Source of the DNA: an uncultured Chloroflexia bacterium
GTDB lineage: Bacteria; Chloroflexota; Limnocylindria; QHBO01
Reading direction: 5' to 3'
Length of the DNA stretch: 64,000 nucleotides
NCBI GenBank assembly: GCA_963825525.1
Contig: CAWGTN010000002.1
Location: 416,001-480,000 of the forward strand
Shown: piece by piece, positions 1 to 9,723 of the stretch
How positions within the stretch are numbered: the stretch's first letter is position 1
Layout of the letters: each line of letters opens with the position of its first letter
Made by a program: the position numbers and the translations under genes
Notes under the pieces: generated by a model
What the model was told of the DNA's origin: nothing
The model's database searches: none
The model's input: only the letters and a program-made list of their open reading frames with translations

Positions 1-569
1 TTGAGGCTGGCGTACCGCGGCTCGCCGACCTGGTCGGTCACCGTGGCGACCACCGGCAGCGGTGCGGCGATCCAGTCGAATCCGGCTGCCGACAGCCGAC
101 GCACGCGCGCCTCACCGTCGGACAGCGCGAGCTCGGACCCGTAGGAGAGCAGCGGGACGTCGCGCATCGCGGCCACCGCACCGGGCACCAGCGAGCCGCG
201 GGCGTCGTCCGAGGCCATGCCCATGAGCGCCACATCGGGCGCCAACTTGTCGAGCGCGGCCGCGAGCACTTTGGCGGTGGTCCACTCGTCCGCGCCGACC
301 AGCGCCGCATCGGTGATGAGCACCGCATCGTCACCGCCCATGGCGAGCGCGCGTCGAAGGGCCTCCGACGCCTGGTCGGGCCCCATCGAGAGGTAGGTCA
401 CGGACTCTACGGTGCCGGCATCCACGAGGCGCAGCGCCTGCTCGATGGCGTACTCGTCGAGAGGGTTGATGATGGCCTCGACACCGGTGCGGTCGAGGCG
501 CAGGTCATCGGTATAGCGCTTGTCGGCGCTGGTTGCCGGGACCTGCTTGATACAGACGACGATCTTCAC
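1..569 (-). CDS. etfB: Electron transfer flavoprotein beta subunit (3' end runs off window)
   Basis: Manual translation from GTG at 569: MKIVVCIKQVPATSADKRYTDDLRLDRTGVEAIINPLDEYAIEQAL...SMGP...ALAMGGD, the ETF-beta signature; not in the ORF track because it is truncated. Confidence 0.93.
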   Translation of the reverse strand, partial: MKIVVCIKQVPATSADKRYTDDLRLDRTGVEAIINPLDEYAIEQALRLVDAGTVESVTYLSMGPDQASEALRRALAMGGDDAVLITDAALVGADEWTTAKVLAAALDKLAPDVALMGMASDDARGSLVPGAVAAMRDVPLLSYGSELALSDGEARVRRLSAAGFDWIAAPLPVVATVTDQVGEPRYASL

Positions 570-591
570 GATCCGCTTGCACTGCTCCTGT

Positions 592-1761
592 CTACGAGCC
601 CCGCTTCGCCACGCCGGCCCGCTGGAGGAGCTGGCGCGCGATGATGAGGCGCTGGATCTGCTGGGTTCCCTCGTACAGCTGCGTGATCTTGGCGTCACGC
701 ATCATGCGCTCGACCGGATACTCGGTGATGTAGCCGTACCCGCCCAGAACCTGGACGGCGTCGGTGGTCACGCGCATGGCAGTGTCACCTGCCACCAGCT
801 TCGCGCTCGACGTCCAGTATGGGAGGTCGGGCGCATTCGCATCAACGCGAGCCGCGGCCGCGTAGGTGAGCTGCCGGGCCGCCTCGTTCTGGGATGTCAT
901 GTCGGCAAGCATCCACCCGATGCCCTGGAAGTCGGCCACGCGTTGGCCGAACTGCTGGCGGTCGGCTGCATAGGCCACCGCGGCGTCGATGGCTCCCTGC
1001 GCGATGCCCACGGCCTGCGCCGCGATCCCGAGCCGGCTGCGGTCCAGGGTCTCCATCGCGATCCTGAAACCCTCCCCCTCCTCGCCGAGGCGGTTGGCGA
1101 GCGGCACGCGGACGTCGTCGAATGTGAGCTCTGCCGTGGGCGAGCCTCGGATCCCCATCTTGTGCTCGACCCGCGGAGCCGCGAAGCCGGGCGTATCGGC
1201 CTCGACGATGAAGGCGCTCATGCCCTTGCGCCCGCCGGCCTCCGCATCGGTGATGGCGAATACGGTCAGAACGTTGGCCACGCTGCCGTGGGTGATGAAG
1301 CGCTTGCTGCCGTTCAGGACGTAGACATCGCCATCGCGCACCGCGCGCATGTGGTTGCTTGCCACGTCGCTGCCGGCCGCGGCCTCGGTCAGCCCGAAGG
1401 CGATCAGCCACTCGCCCGAGGCGAGCCGCGGGAAGTAGCGGTCTCTCTGCTCGTCGGACCCGGCCAGGATGATCGGCAGGGCGCCGAGCTTCTGGACGAT
1501 CGGGATGAGGCTGGTCGTCGCGTCCGCCCGGGCGATCTCCTCGACCAGGATGCTCTGCGCGACCGTGTCGAGGTTCGTGCCGCCGTGCCGCTCCTCGAAG
1601 CAGGTCCCGAGGAGGTCCTGCTGGGCGAGCAGCTGGCGGAGGTCCTCGGGGAACTCGGCCTTCGCGTCGATGTCGGCGGCGCGTGGCGCGATCTTCTCGT
1701 CGGCCAGCTCGCGCACCACGGCGCGCAGCTCATCGTGCTCTGCGGTCGGAAGGTAGGTCAC
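592..1761 (-). CDS. Acyl-CoA dehydrogenase
   Basis: FGLTEAAAGSD, LNGSKRFIT, KMGIRGSPT, R.QFG, GGYGY...ERMMRDAKITQLYEGT motifs; AGGAG RBS. Confidence 0.96.
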   Translation of the reverse strand: MTYLPTAEHDELRAVVRELADEKIAPRAADIDAKAEFPEDLRQLLAQQDLLGTCFEERHGGTNLDTVAQSILVEEIARADATTSLIPIVQKLGALPIILAGSDEQRDRYFPRLASGEWLIAFGLTEAAAGSDVASNHMRAVRDGDVYVLNGSKRFITHGSVANVLTVFAITDAEAGGRKGMSAFIVEADTPGFAAPRVEHKMGIRGSPTAELTFDDVRVPLANRLGEEGEGFRIAMETLDRSRLGIAAQAVGIAQGAIDAAVAYAADRQQFGQRVADFQGIGWMLADMTSQNEAARQLTYAAAARVDANAPDLPYWTSSAKLVAGDTAMRVTTDAVQVLGGYGYITEYPVERMMRDAKITQLYEGTQQIQRLIIARQLLQRAGVAKRGS

Positions 1762-1857
1762 TCGGCTCCTCGGGCGCGGAGTTCTGCGGCAGGGGCTCGG
1801 GCGATTGAGTGTAGCGGATCGACGGCGCAGATCAGCCGAGCGGCGGAGCCGCCACGT

Positions 1858-2724
1858 TCAGTCGTGTGGCCCCTGGAGCTCCACCTGTCCATCGTGCACC
1901 CGGGCACGGTAGGTCACCTGGCGAGTCGACGCCGGTCCGTGGACCACGGCACCGTCGCGGAGACGGAACACCGATCCGTGCCAAGGACAGCTGATCGTCC
2001 CGTCGCGCAGCTCACCTTCCGAGAGCGGGCCACCGGCGTGCGAGCAGGTGTCCTTGAGCGCATGGACCAGGTCGCCACGGCGGACGAGGACCACCTTGGT
2101 CGCGCCGAAGCTCACCTGGGTGGCCTCGCCATCGGGCACCTCGGCGACCGGAGCGACCGCGGTGAACTCCTTCGCGCGCTTGCCACGGCTGAATGCGTTG
2201 TGGTTGACCATGTAGCCGTACTTGAAGACGACATGGCCGCCGATGTAGGAGCCGACCGAGATGATCCCGTAGCCGATCAGCATCGGCCAGAACGCTCCGT
2301 CCACATTCCCGCCGAGCCGCAGCGCGAGCGAGATGCCGAATCCGGCCATCCCGACGAAGTTGATGATGCCGTGGAGCCCGACCACGTTGCGCTCGTTGCC
2401 CGATGCCGTGTCCTTGAAATCGGTCCAGCCCGACAGGATGGATCCGACGCCCGCGGCATAGGTCAGCGCAAGTACCCAGGTCGCCGCGTCCTCCGTGCCG
2501 GACGCTCCGAACACGACGCGCAGCACGTCCAGGAAGACGACGGCCGTCGCGCCGCCGATGACGACGTCGACGAGCACCGGGTGGAGCGAATGGCCGAGCC
2601 ACGAGCCGTTGAGGAGATCCTGGAGCAGCTTGCCGGGTCTCCCCAGGACGCGAAAGACCGCGTTGAGGAACCCGGCCAGCCAGTTCAACAGGCCGGCGAG
2701 TGGCTTGGCGGCACGCTCGATCAT
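1858..2724 (-). CDS. DUF2231-type membrane domain fused to Rieske [2Fe-2S] ferredoxin
   Basis: GSWLGHSLHPVLVDV plus TM helices, then CSHAGGPL...CPWHGS; start placed at the ATG overlapping the upstream stop (TGATG). Confidence 0.88.
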   Translation of the reverse strand: MIERAAKPLAGLLNWLAGFLNAVFRVLGRPGKLLQDLLNGSWLGHSLHPVLVDVVIGGATAVVFLDVLRVVFGASGTEDAATWVLALTYAAGVGSILSGWTDFKDTASGNERNVVGLHGIINFVGMAGFGISLALRLGGNVDGAFWPMLIGYGIISVGSYIGGHVVFKYGYMVNHNAFSRGKRAKEFTAVAPVAEVPDGEATQVSFGATKVVLVRRGDLVHALKDTCSHAGGPLSEGELRDGTISCPWHGSVFRLRDGAVVHGPASTRQVTYRARVHDGQVELQGPHD

Positions 2725-4175
2725 CAGCCCGTCAGCTCGGCCGCGAACTCGCCGAAGACCTCGATGTAGCGATCGATGTCGGCGTTGGTGTGCTGCACCG
2801 AGAGCGTCCACTGGTCGTCCGGACCGGGCGGAAGCAGGATCCCGCGGTTCGCCAGGTAAAAGAAGCTGGCTGCCCACAGGTCGGAGTCCAGGTCGACCAG
2901 GGTTCGGTAGTTGGTGACGCGCTCCGGGGTGAACATCACGCAGCCCTTGGGACCGACGTTGATCGCGTAGCCCGGCAGCCCATGGTCATCGATCACGGAC
3001 TGGCTGCCTGTCGTGAGCCGGTCGGCCATCGCGTTGAGCACCGGATAGGCGTCCTTGGTGAGGATCTGGGTGAGCGTCACGACGCCGGCGGTCATCGACA
3101 GCGGATTCCCGTTGAAGGTGCCCAGGTGTGCGACGCGGGTCGCACCGCTCGGAAGCGTCGAGCGCTCCATCCCCGAGCCGAGCGCCCCACTCATGCCGGC
3201 GAAGTGCTGGCTGCCCTCGAGCGTCTCGATGACGCGCATCACCTCGGCACGCCCGCCGAAGGCGCCGATCGGGATGCCGCCGCCGATGCTCTTTGCCAGG
3301 CAGAAGAGATCGGGCTTCACGCCGTAGTACTCGTAGGCCCCGCCCCAGGCGATCACAACGCCGGTCTTGACCTCGTCGAAGATGAGCACGACGCCGTGCT
3401 CGGTTGCCAGCTCGCGAACGCGCTGCAGGAATCCCGGCTCGGGCGGGACGACGCCGATGTTGAACTGGACGGGCTCCACGATGATCGCGGCGATCTCGCC
3501 CTCGTGGGCCTGGAGGATCGCCTCGAGCATGTCGGGCTCGTTGAACGGAGCGATGACGGTCTCCGCGATCCGGCTGCGCGGGATGCCGGCACTTGCCGGC
3601 ACGGTGGCCGGAGCGTCGATCGGTCCCATGGCCTCGCGCGGCGGCTGAATGCTGACCAGCACGTCGTCATGGTGGCCGTGATAGCCGCCTTCGAACTTGA
3701 TGATCTTCTCGCGTCCGGTGTAGCCGCGGGCCACGCGGATGGCGTCCATGGTGGACTCGGTGCCCGAGTTGCTGAAGCGCACGGAATCGGCGCCAAAGCG
3801 GGCTCGGATCTCCTCGGCCAGCGTCACGCCGTCCTCGACCGGGAAGGTGTAGCACGTGCCGTTCGCCACGCGCCGCTGAAGGGCCTCCGCCAGCAGCGGA
3901 TGCGAGTGACCGGCGGCCAGCACGCCGAACGCCATGTCGAAGTCGATGTACTCGTTGCCGTCCGCGTCCCAGATCCGGCTGCCCCGGGCGTCGCCCATGA
4001 ACAGCGGATATGGGTCGTAGGCCTGAAACGAGCTTGCGACGCCAAGCGGCATGGACTCGCGCGCGCGATCGAAGAGCGCCTTGCTCTTTGCGGTTCGCGC
4101 CCGATACGCCGCCTCTTCCCGCGCGCCGATCTCGTTGACGCGCGCCCGATCGATTTCGTGCCTGGTGACCGTCAC
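2724..4175 (-). CDS. Class III PLP aminotransferase, glutamate-1-semialdehyde aminomutase-like
   Basis: NSGTESTMDAIRVAR, KFEGGYHG, LIFDEVKTG, AKSIGGG, GTFNGNPL; GTG start after AGGAGGG. Confidence 0.9.
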   Translation of the reverse strand: MTVTRHEIDRARVNEIGAREEAAYRARTAKSKALFDRARESMPLGVASSFQAYDPYPLFMGDARGSRIWDADGNEYIDFDMAFGVLAAGHSHPLLAEALQRRVANGTCYTFPVEDGVTLAEEIRARFGADSVRFSNSGTESTMDAIRVARGYTGREKIIKFEGGYHGHHDDVLVSIQPPREAMGPIDAPATVPASAGIPRSRIAETVIAPFNEPDMLEAILQAHEGEIAAIIVEPVQFNIGVVPPEPGFLQRVRELATEHGVVLIFDEVKTGVVIAWGGAYEYYGVKPDLFCLAKSIGGGIPIGAFGGRAEVMRVIETLEGSQHFAGMSGALGSGMERSTLPSGATRVAHLGTFNGNPLSMTAGVVTLTQILTKDAYPVLNAMADRLTTGSQSVIDDHGLPGYAINVGPKGCVMFTPERVTNYRTLVDLDSDLWAASFFYLANRGILLPPGPDDQWTLSVQHTNADIDRYIEVFGEFAAELTG

Positions 4176-4185
4176 GGTCGCCCTC

Positions 4186-4671
4186 CTAGCGAGCTCCCCA
4201 TTGGTAACTTTCCTTGACAAAGCGCAGCTCGACGAGCGTCTCGGTCGAACGGATACCGTCGATCCCCGCGAGTCGTTCGGTCAGCACGCGCAACAGGTGA
4301 TCATTGTCCTCGCACACGATCTCGCACACGAGGTCATAGCGCCCGGCGGTGATGACGAGGTACGTCACCTCGTCCAGCTTCGCGATCTCGTCGGCAACCT
4401 CCGTCAGGCGCGCCGCCTCGACCTTGAGGCCGATGAGGGCCGGCTGCTGAAAGCCCATGGCCAAAGGATCGGTGACCCCCACGATCTGCACCACGCCTCG
4501 TCCGATCAGCCGCTCGGCGCGCTGCCGGACGGTGGCCTCGGGAACGTCAAGCTGACGTCCGATCTGAGCGTACGGCCGTCGACCATCCAGCTGAAGACAC
4601 TGGATGATGCGCTTGTCGAGGTCGTCGAGAATGGGCCGCCGCCCCGGTTGCTGGATCGATCGCACCGCCAT
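4186..4671 (-). CDS. Lrp/AsnC family transcriptional regulator
   Basis: LDDLDKRIIQCLQLDGRRPYAQIG HTH; C-terminal RAM domain (AGRYDLVCEI). Confidence 0.93.
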   Translation of the reverse strand: MAVRSIQQPGRRPILDDLDKRIIQCLQLDGRRPYAQIGRQLDVPEATVRQRAERLIGRGVVQIVGVTDPLAMGFQQPALIGLKVEAARLTEVADEIAKLDEVTYLVITAGRYDLVCEIVCEDNDHLLRVLTERLAGIDGIRSTETLVELRFVKESYQWGAR

Positions 4672-4678
4672 GGCGAGA

Positions 4679-4707
4679 AGAGTACTCAGCAGCTGGGAGA
4701 CGGTCAA
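4679..4707 (-). promoter_or_regulatory. Sigma70-like promoter TTGACC-N17-TACTCT, 7 nt before the Lrp ATG (leaderless)
   Basis: Plus-strand ggtcaa at 4702-4707 and agagta at 4679-4684, 17-nt spacer. Confidence 0.65.
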
Positions 4708-4735
4708 CATTCCGCAACATTCGAGGTCCGATTCT

Positions 4736-4765
4736 ACGGATTCCGCGAGGTTTGACGGAATCCGT
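4736..4765. promoter_or_regulatory. Inverted repeat ACGGATTCCG-N10-CGGAATCCGT, candidate operator
   Basis: Perfect 10-bp inverted repeat; each half is itself near-palindromic; just upstream of the Lrp promoter. Confidence 0.5.
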
Positions 4766-4859
4766 GGGGTTTCGAGGGTGCTGTTCAGTGGCGTTGGCTC
4801 AGGTGGGTGGGTTGGGGGCCGCGGACGGCGGCGGCGACGGCGGCAGCGACGCTTTGGGT

Positions 4860-5290
4860 GATCCGGTGCCGCTCGACTTGTCAACTGCACCCCACACGCG
4901 CATTAGCGGGGGCAGAGGCCGGCGGCGACCCGTGGCCACGCTCAGCAACGCCGCCCGAGACTCCTGATTACCCGCTAATGCGAACCAGGCGAGCAGTTGT
5001 CAGGGCGCGGCGCGGGGACCGGTGAGCTGCATCCGTGGTGCGCGCTACCCGGCCGCAGAGACCAGACGCGAGCCGGGCCAGACGACCCAGCGCCGCCCGA
5101 CTTGTCAACTGCACCCCCCACGCGCATTAGCGGGCGCCGAGGCCGGCGGCGAGCAGTGCCCACGCTCAGCAACGCCGCCCGAGACTCCTCACTACCCGCT
5201 AATGCGAACCAGGCGAGCAGTTGTCAGGGCGCGGCGCGGGGACCGGTCAACTGCACCTCACACGCGCATGAGCTGGCCGCGGAGACGCAA
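4860..5290. repeat. Tandem 224-bp-period intergenic repeat with internal bipartite inverted repeats (REP/MITE-like)
   Basis: cgacttgtcaactgc at 4874 and 5098; near-identical ~150-bp cores; partial third arm from ~5245. Confidence 0.88.
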
Positions 5291-5308
5291 CGCTCCAGCT
5301 CTCCAGCG

Positions 5309-7519
5309 TCAGTCCCCCCCGGTCTCCGCCGCACCCACCTCGCGCTTCCACGCCCCCGTCGCATCGGCGAGCAGCTCCGCGACATCGCGGACCGCGACAT
5401 CGGTGCGGTCGAGGTCCGTGGTGCCATCTCGCAGCATGATCAGGCAGAAGGGACACGCGGTCGCGATCTCGTCCGGTGTCTTCTCGAGCGCCTGCTCCAC
5501 GCGCTTGTGGTTGATGCGCGTGCCCTCGCGCTCCTCCATCCACATCCTCGCGCCGCCGGCGCCGCAGCACATCCCCTTGCGGTGGTGAAGGTCCATCTCG
5601 ACCACGCTCTGGCCCGGCACGGAATCCACCACGCGACGGCCCTCGTCGTAGACCTCGTTGTAGCGTCCCAGGTAGCACGCGTCGTGATACGCGATCACGG
5701 CGTCATGGTGCTCCTCGGGCACCAGCCGGCCATCAGCGACCAGCCGATCGAGCAGCTGGGTGTGGTGGATGACCTGGATCCCGGTGAGGCCGAACTGCGG
5801 GTACTCGTTCTTGATGGTGTTGAAGCAGTGCGGGCAGGTGGCCACGATGGTCGAGATGCCGTGCTCGGCGTGCGCGGCAGACAGGGTCGCGACGTTCTCC
5901 TCGGCGAGCATCTGGTAGAGGTACTCGTTGCCGGCCCGCCGCGCCGGATCGCCCGTGCAGGTCTCCTGGGCGCCGAGCACCGCGAACGGTATCTCGGCCT
6001 GGTTCAGGAGCTGCGCCATGGCACGCACCACCTTCCGATTGCGATCGTCGAATGCGCCGGCGCACCCGACCCAGAACAGGATGCGCCCGCCGAGCACGTC
6101 GCCCGTGGGATCGGACTCGTGAATCGTCCTCCATGGCGTGGTGCCGTCCGTGCTGCGCCGGGGCGGATCGGCATCGGCCAACAGGGGAACGTCCAGGCCC
6201 TTTGCCCAGTCCATGCGCGATGATTTCGGCTGGCCCCAGGGGTTGCCGGCGTTCTCCATGTTGCGAAATGCCGCATTGAGCTCCTTGGGGAATCGGCTCT
6301 CCTCGAGCACCGCGTTTCGGCGAATCTCGACGATCGTGTCAACGTGCTCGATGAGCACCGGGCAGCCCTCGACACACCAGCCGCAGGTCGTGCACTGCCA
6401 GACCGCCTCCTCCGGGATCACGTTGTCCATGAGGGGCAGGGTGAGCGCCTCCTCCGCGCGGCCCCGGGCCAGCGACAGCGCATCCTCCGAGGCCGATGCA
6501 CCACCGTTGGCTCCCCCCTTCCACGCACGCTGGGCCGATGCGGCCGCTGCCAGCGCCGTCTCGGCCGATGCGATCTGATCGCGCAGTCCTTCCATGAGGT
6601 GCTTGGGCGAGAGCGTCTTGCCCGTCATCGAGGCCGGACAGAACTCCATGCAGCGTCCGCACTCCGTGCACGCCAGGCCGTCGGAGAGGTGACGCCAGGT
6701 CAGGTCCTGCAGGCCCTTGGCACCGAAGACGGGAAGCTCCTCGCCTTCCTCGGGCTCCGCCTCGAGGTCCATCTTGCGGAGCGCGCCACGCGGCTCGAGG
6801 TTGCGGAAATAGACGTTGGGCTCGCTGCTGATGATGTGGAGGTGCTTGCTGTACGGCAGGTAGGCCCCGAATCCAAGGACCAGGATGATGTGCGACCACG
6901 CCATGACCCCGAAGCCGATGGTGGCGGCTTCCCGGCCGATCGGCTCGAGTGCCAGGCTCAGCGGGCCGGCCAGGGGCGCCCAGGCACGAGCCGGGTCCTC
7001 TGGCTCCAGCACGAATCCGAACGCGTCCCCCAGCCACTCGGTGAGCACGATGCTGAAGATGAGGCCCAGGATGATGAAGGCGTCACGCGTGAGGGCCAGC
7101 CGCGCCGGACGAATCACGGTGCGACGAATGACGAAGTACGCGACCGAGGCCAGTACCAACCCGACGAAGACGTTGGCGAACAGGACGATCACGCTCCAGA
7201 AGAAGCCGCCCAGCGGCCATCCGACGACGGTCTCCACCAGCCCGTTGGTCAGGTAGTTGCCGGTCGTGGCGAGGAGCACGATGAACCCCCAAAACACGAA
7301 GGCGTGCGTCAGCCCTGGACCGGGGTCCTGGAGCAGCCGGCGCTGACCGAACACGAACACGCCGAGGGCCTTGATCCGCTGCGGGACGCGGTCAAAGCGA
7401 TCGAGCGGCCGCCCGGCGCGCACCACGGCCAGGTGCCAACGGGCACGGCGCCAGAACAGAATGCCGGCCGCCACGATCGGGATGATGATCAGCGGATACG
7501 CCGGAATGGACGCTTCCAT
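5309..7519 (-). CDS. FadF/EtfD-like membrane Fe-S oxidoreductase (heterodisulfide-reductase-like)
   Basis: N-terminal TM domain with His residues; [12 protein letters not shown] and [12 protein letters not shown] [4Fe-4S] motifs; two CCG domains (CTGD, CPHC, CCGAGG, ACPFC). Confidence 0.9.
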   Translation of the reverse strand: MEASIPAYPLIIIPIVAAGILFWRRARWHLAVVRAGRPLDRFDRVPQRIKALGVFVFGQRRLLQDPGPGLTHAFVFWGFIVLLATTGNYLTNGLVETVVGWPLGGFFWSVIVLFANVFVGLVLASVAYFVIRRTVIRPARLALTRDAFIILGLIFSIVLTEWLGDAFGFVLEPEDPARAWAPLAGPLSLALEPIGREAATIGFGVMAWSHIILVLGFGAYLPYSKHLHIISSEPNVYFRNLEPRGALRKMDLEAEPEEGEELPVFGAKGLQDLTWRHLSDGLACTECGRCMEFCPASMTGKTLSPKHLMEGLRDQIASAETALAAAASAQRAWKGGANGGASASEDALSLARGRAEEALTLPLMDNVIPEEAVWQCTTCGWCVEGCPVLIEHVDTIVEIRRNAVLEESRFPKELNAAFRNMENAGNPWGQPKSSRMDWAKGLDVPLLADADPPRRSTDGTTPWRTIHESDPTGDVLGGRILFWVGCAGAFDDRNRKVVRAMAQLLNQAEIPFAVLGAQETCTGDPARRAGNEYLYQMLAEENVATLSAAHAEHGISTIVATCPHCFNTIKNEYPQFGLTGIQVIHHTQLLDRLVADGRLVPEEHHDAVIAYHDACYLGRYNEVYDEGRRVVDSVPGQSVVEMDLHHRKGMCCGAGGARMWMEEREGTRINHKRVEQALEKTPDEIATACPFCLIMLRDGTTDLDRTDVAVRDVAELLADATGAWKREVGAAETGGD

Positions 7520-7552
7520 GAGTCGCGCCATGGTAGCGGCGCGGGCAGGTGC

Positions 7553-8525
7553 CTAGTGGTCGCCCCCGGCCAGCTGGTCGAGCGCATGACGCAGGACGGG
7601 TGACAGGGCGTCGAACGACTCCAGTGGCACCCCGGGGCGAACCGGGCAGGTTGACGATGAGCGTGGCTCCACGCGAGCCGACAACGGATCGCGAGAGGGC
7701 GGCCATCGGCGTCGAGGCCACACCAACCGACCGCATGAGCTCAGCGAGCCCAGGAGCCTCGCGGTCGATCACCCGCCGCGTCGCCGCCGGCGTGACGTCG
7801 GTGGGCGACATTCCGGTGCCCCCGGTCGTGAGGATCAACCGATGGCCGGCATCGGCCAGGGAGATGAGCAGCGCCGCGATCTCCGACTCGTCATCGCGCA
7901 CCACGACGGCCTGCGGCGCGACATCGAATCCCGCGCCACGCGCACGAGTGACCAGCTCCGGACCGGAGAGGTCGTCCCGCTCCCCTGCCGCGGACCGATT
8001 CGAGCAGGTCACGACGATCGCCTCGTGATCCGCTCGCGGGACGGGGGCAACGTCAAGCCGATAGTCCCCCGAACGACCCCCGTACTTCTCCAGCAGGGTC
8101 ACGCCCCCAATGACGATGTCCCTCTGCAGCGCCTTCGCCATGTCGTACACGGTCAGTGCGGCCACGCTGACTGCGGTCAGCGCCTCCATCTCGACGCCGG
8201 TCCGTGCCGTCACGCTGACCTCGGCACGGATGACCACGGTGCCGGCGGCCGAGTCGGGCTCCAGCTCCACGCTTACCCTGTCGAGAGGGAGGGGATGGCA
8301 GAGGGGAATGAGCTCGCTCGTTCGCTTCGCCGCGCCGATGCCGGCCAGTCGCGCGGTGACGAGGGCGTCGCCCTTTGGCCCGCCACCGGCGAGGAGCGCT
8401 TCGAGCACATCGGGGCGCATGTGGACCGTCGCCTGGGCCACCGCGCGGCGCGCGGTGATCGGCTTGTCACCCACGTCGACCATCCGCGGCGCCCCGTCAT
8501 CGTCGAGATGGGTCGGGCGGGTCAT
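7553..8525 (-). CDS. moaCB: Bifunctional MoaC-MoaB/MogA molybdenum cofactor protein; +1 frameshift near 7624
   Basis: [25 protein letters not shown]; then TTGGTG..PTDVTP, NLPGSP; the expected tail [22 protein letters not shown] is in another frame. Confidence 0.88.
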
Positions 8526-9719
8526 GCCAGCGCACCGAGCAGGATCGCGTCGTACTCGCCGCCGATGCGCGTCGCCGGCTCACCCTCGGGCACCACCAGC
8601 AGCCCGTTCGCCGACGCGAGGGGCAACAGCTGCGAGGAGCCCTGGCCCCCGGCCGAGGTTGCCCGATAGCCGGTTGCATCGGCTTCGACCCTGACCCGCA
8701 GGTAGGCGCGACGACCGGGATCCTTGGCGATCTCCTCTTCGGTCCGCGCTCGCACACGAACGCGGTCGTCGACCGACAGGCCCAGCATGGCGCGGATCAT
8801 GGGGCGCACGAACACCTCAAAGGTGACGAGGGCACTCACCGGGTTCCCCGGCAGGCCGATGAACGGCAGCACGCCGATCTTCCCATACGCGAGTGGCTTG
8901 CCGGGCTGCACCGCGATCCGCCAGAAGTCCAGGTCTCCGAGGCGCTCGATCACGGCTCGCACGTGATCGTGCTGGCCCACGCTCACGCCCCCTGATGCAA
9001 CGAGCAGGTCCGAGCCACCGGTCGCGTCACGGATCCGCGCCTCGATGACCTCCGGATCATCGGGCGCCCGCTCAAGGATGTTCGGCATGCCGCCCGCCTC
9101 CTCGACCGCCGCGGCGAGCGCGAAGGCATTGGCATCGTAGATCTGGCCGTGGCCAAGGTGATCTCCGGGCGACCGCAGCTCGTCGCCGGTCGACAGGATC
9201 GCCACGGTGGGACGGCGGCGGACCGCGACGGTCGCGACACCCATGGCCGCCAGCAGCCCGATGGCCGACGCTGTCAGCGGCGTCGACCCGATGGGGACGC
9301 GCTGGCCACGGCCCACGTCCAACCCTGCAGGCCGAACGTGAGAGCCGGGCACCGGAGACAGCGAGAATTCCACGTGGCCGTCACGCTCGACGGCATCCTC
9401 GATCGGCACGATCGTGTCCGCACCGTCCGGGACGGGGGCCCCGGTCATGATGCGCACCGCCGTGCCCGGTGCGACGGCCGGTGCCGGTGGCCCACCCGCT
9501 CGCGACTCACCGATCACCGGACGGCTCCGTCGGTCATCCGAGGAACACACGGCGTACCCGTCCATCGCCGAGTTGTCGAATGTCGGAACGTCGGCACTCG
9601 CGACGATCTCGCGGCTCGGATGGCACCCGGCCACGGGCTTCCGACAGTGGCACCTTCTCAGAGTCCACGATGCTGACCGCACTGACGAGCCTGCGAAGCG
9701 CCTCGTCGACCGAGAGCAT
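8522..9719 (-). CDS. moeA: Molybdopterin molybdotransferase; +1 frameshift near 9615
   Basis: N-terminus MLSVDEAL...ARGRV in one frame; [32 protein letters not shown] in the other. Confidence 0.9.
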
Positions 9720-9723
9720 CGGC

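Noticed and set aside
520-2769. 749-aa plus-strand ORF, and similar long antisense ORFs (e.g. 52266-54839, 41240-42871, 14756-16420)
   Set aside because: Shadow frames opposite well-supported genes; expected at this GC content and carry no recognisable motifs
4800-4850. G-rich tract (ggtgggtgggttggggg) and gcggcggcgacg microrepeat
   Set aside because: Could form a weak G-quadruplex, but is plausible by chance in GC-rich DNA with no other support
4860-5290. Possible CRISPR array
   Set aside because: Units are ~150-224 bp with conserved interiors rather than unique spacers; only about two copies; no cas genes
7392-7552. MoaCB C-terminal extension overlapping the fadF-like gene
   Set aside because: Artefact of the frameshift near 7624; the proper C-terminus ends at 7553
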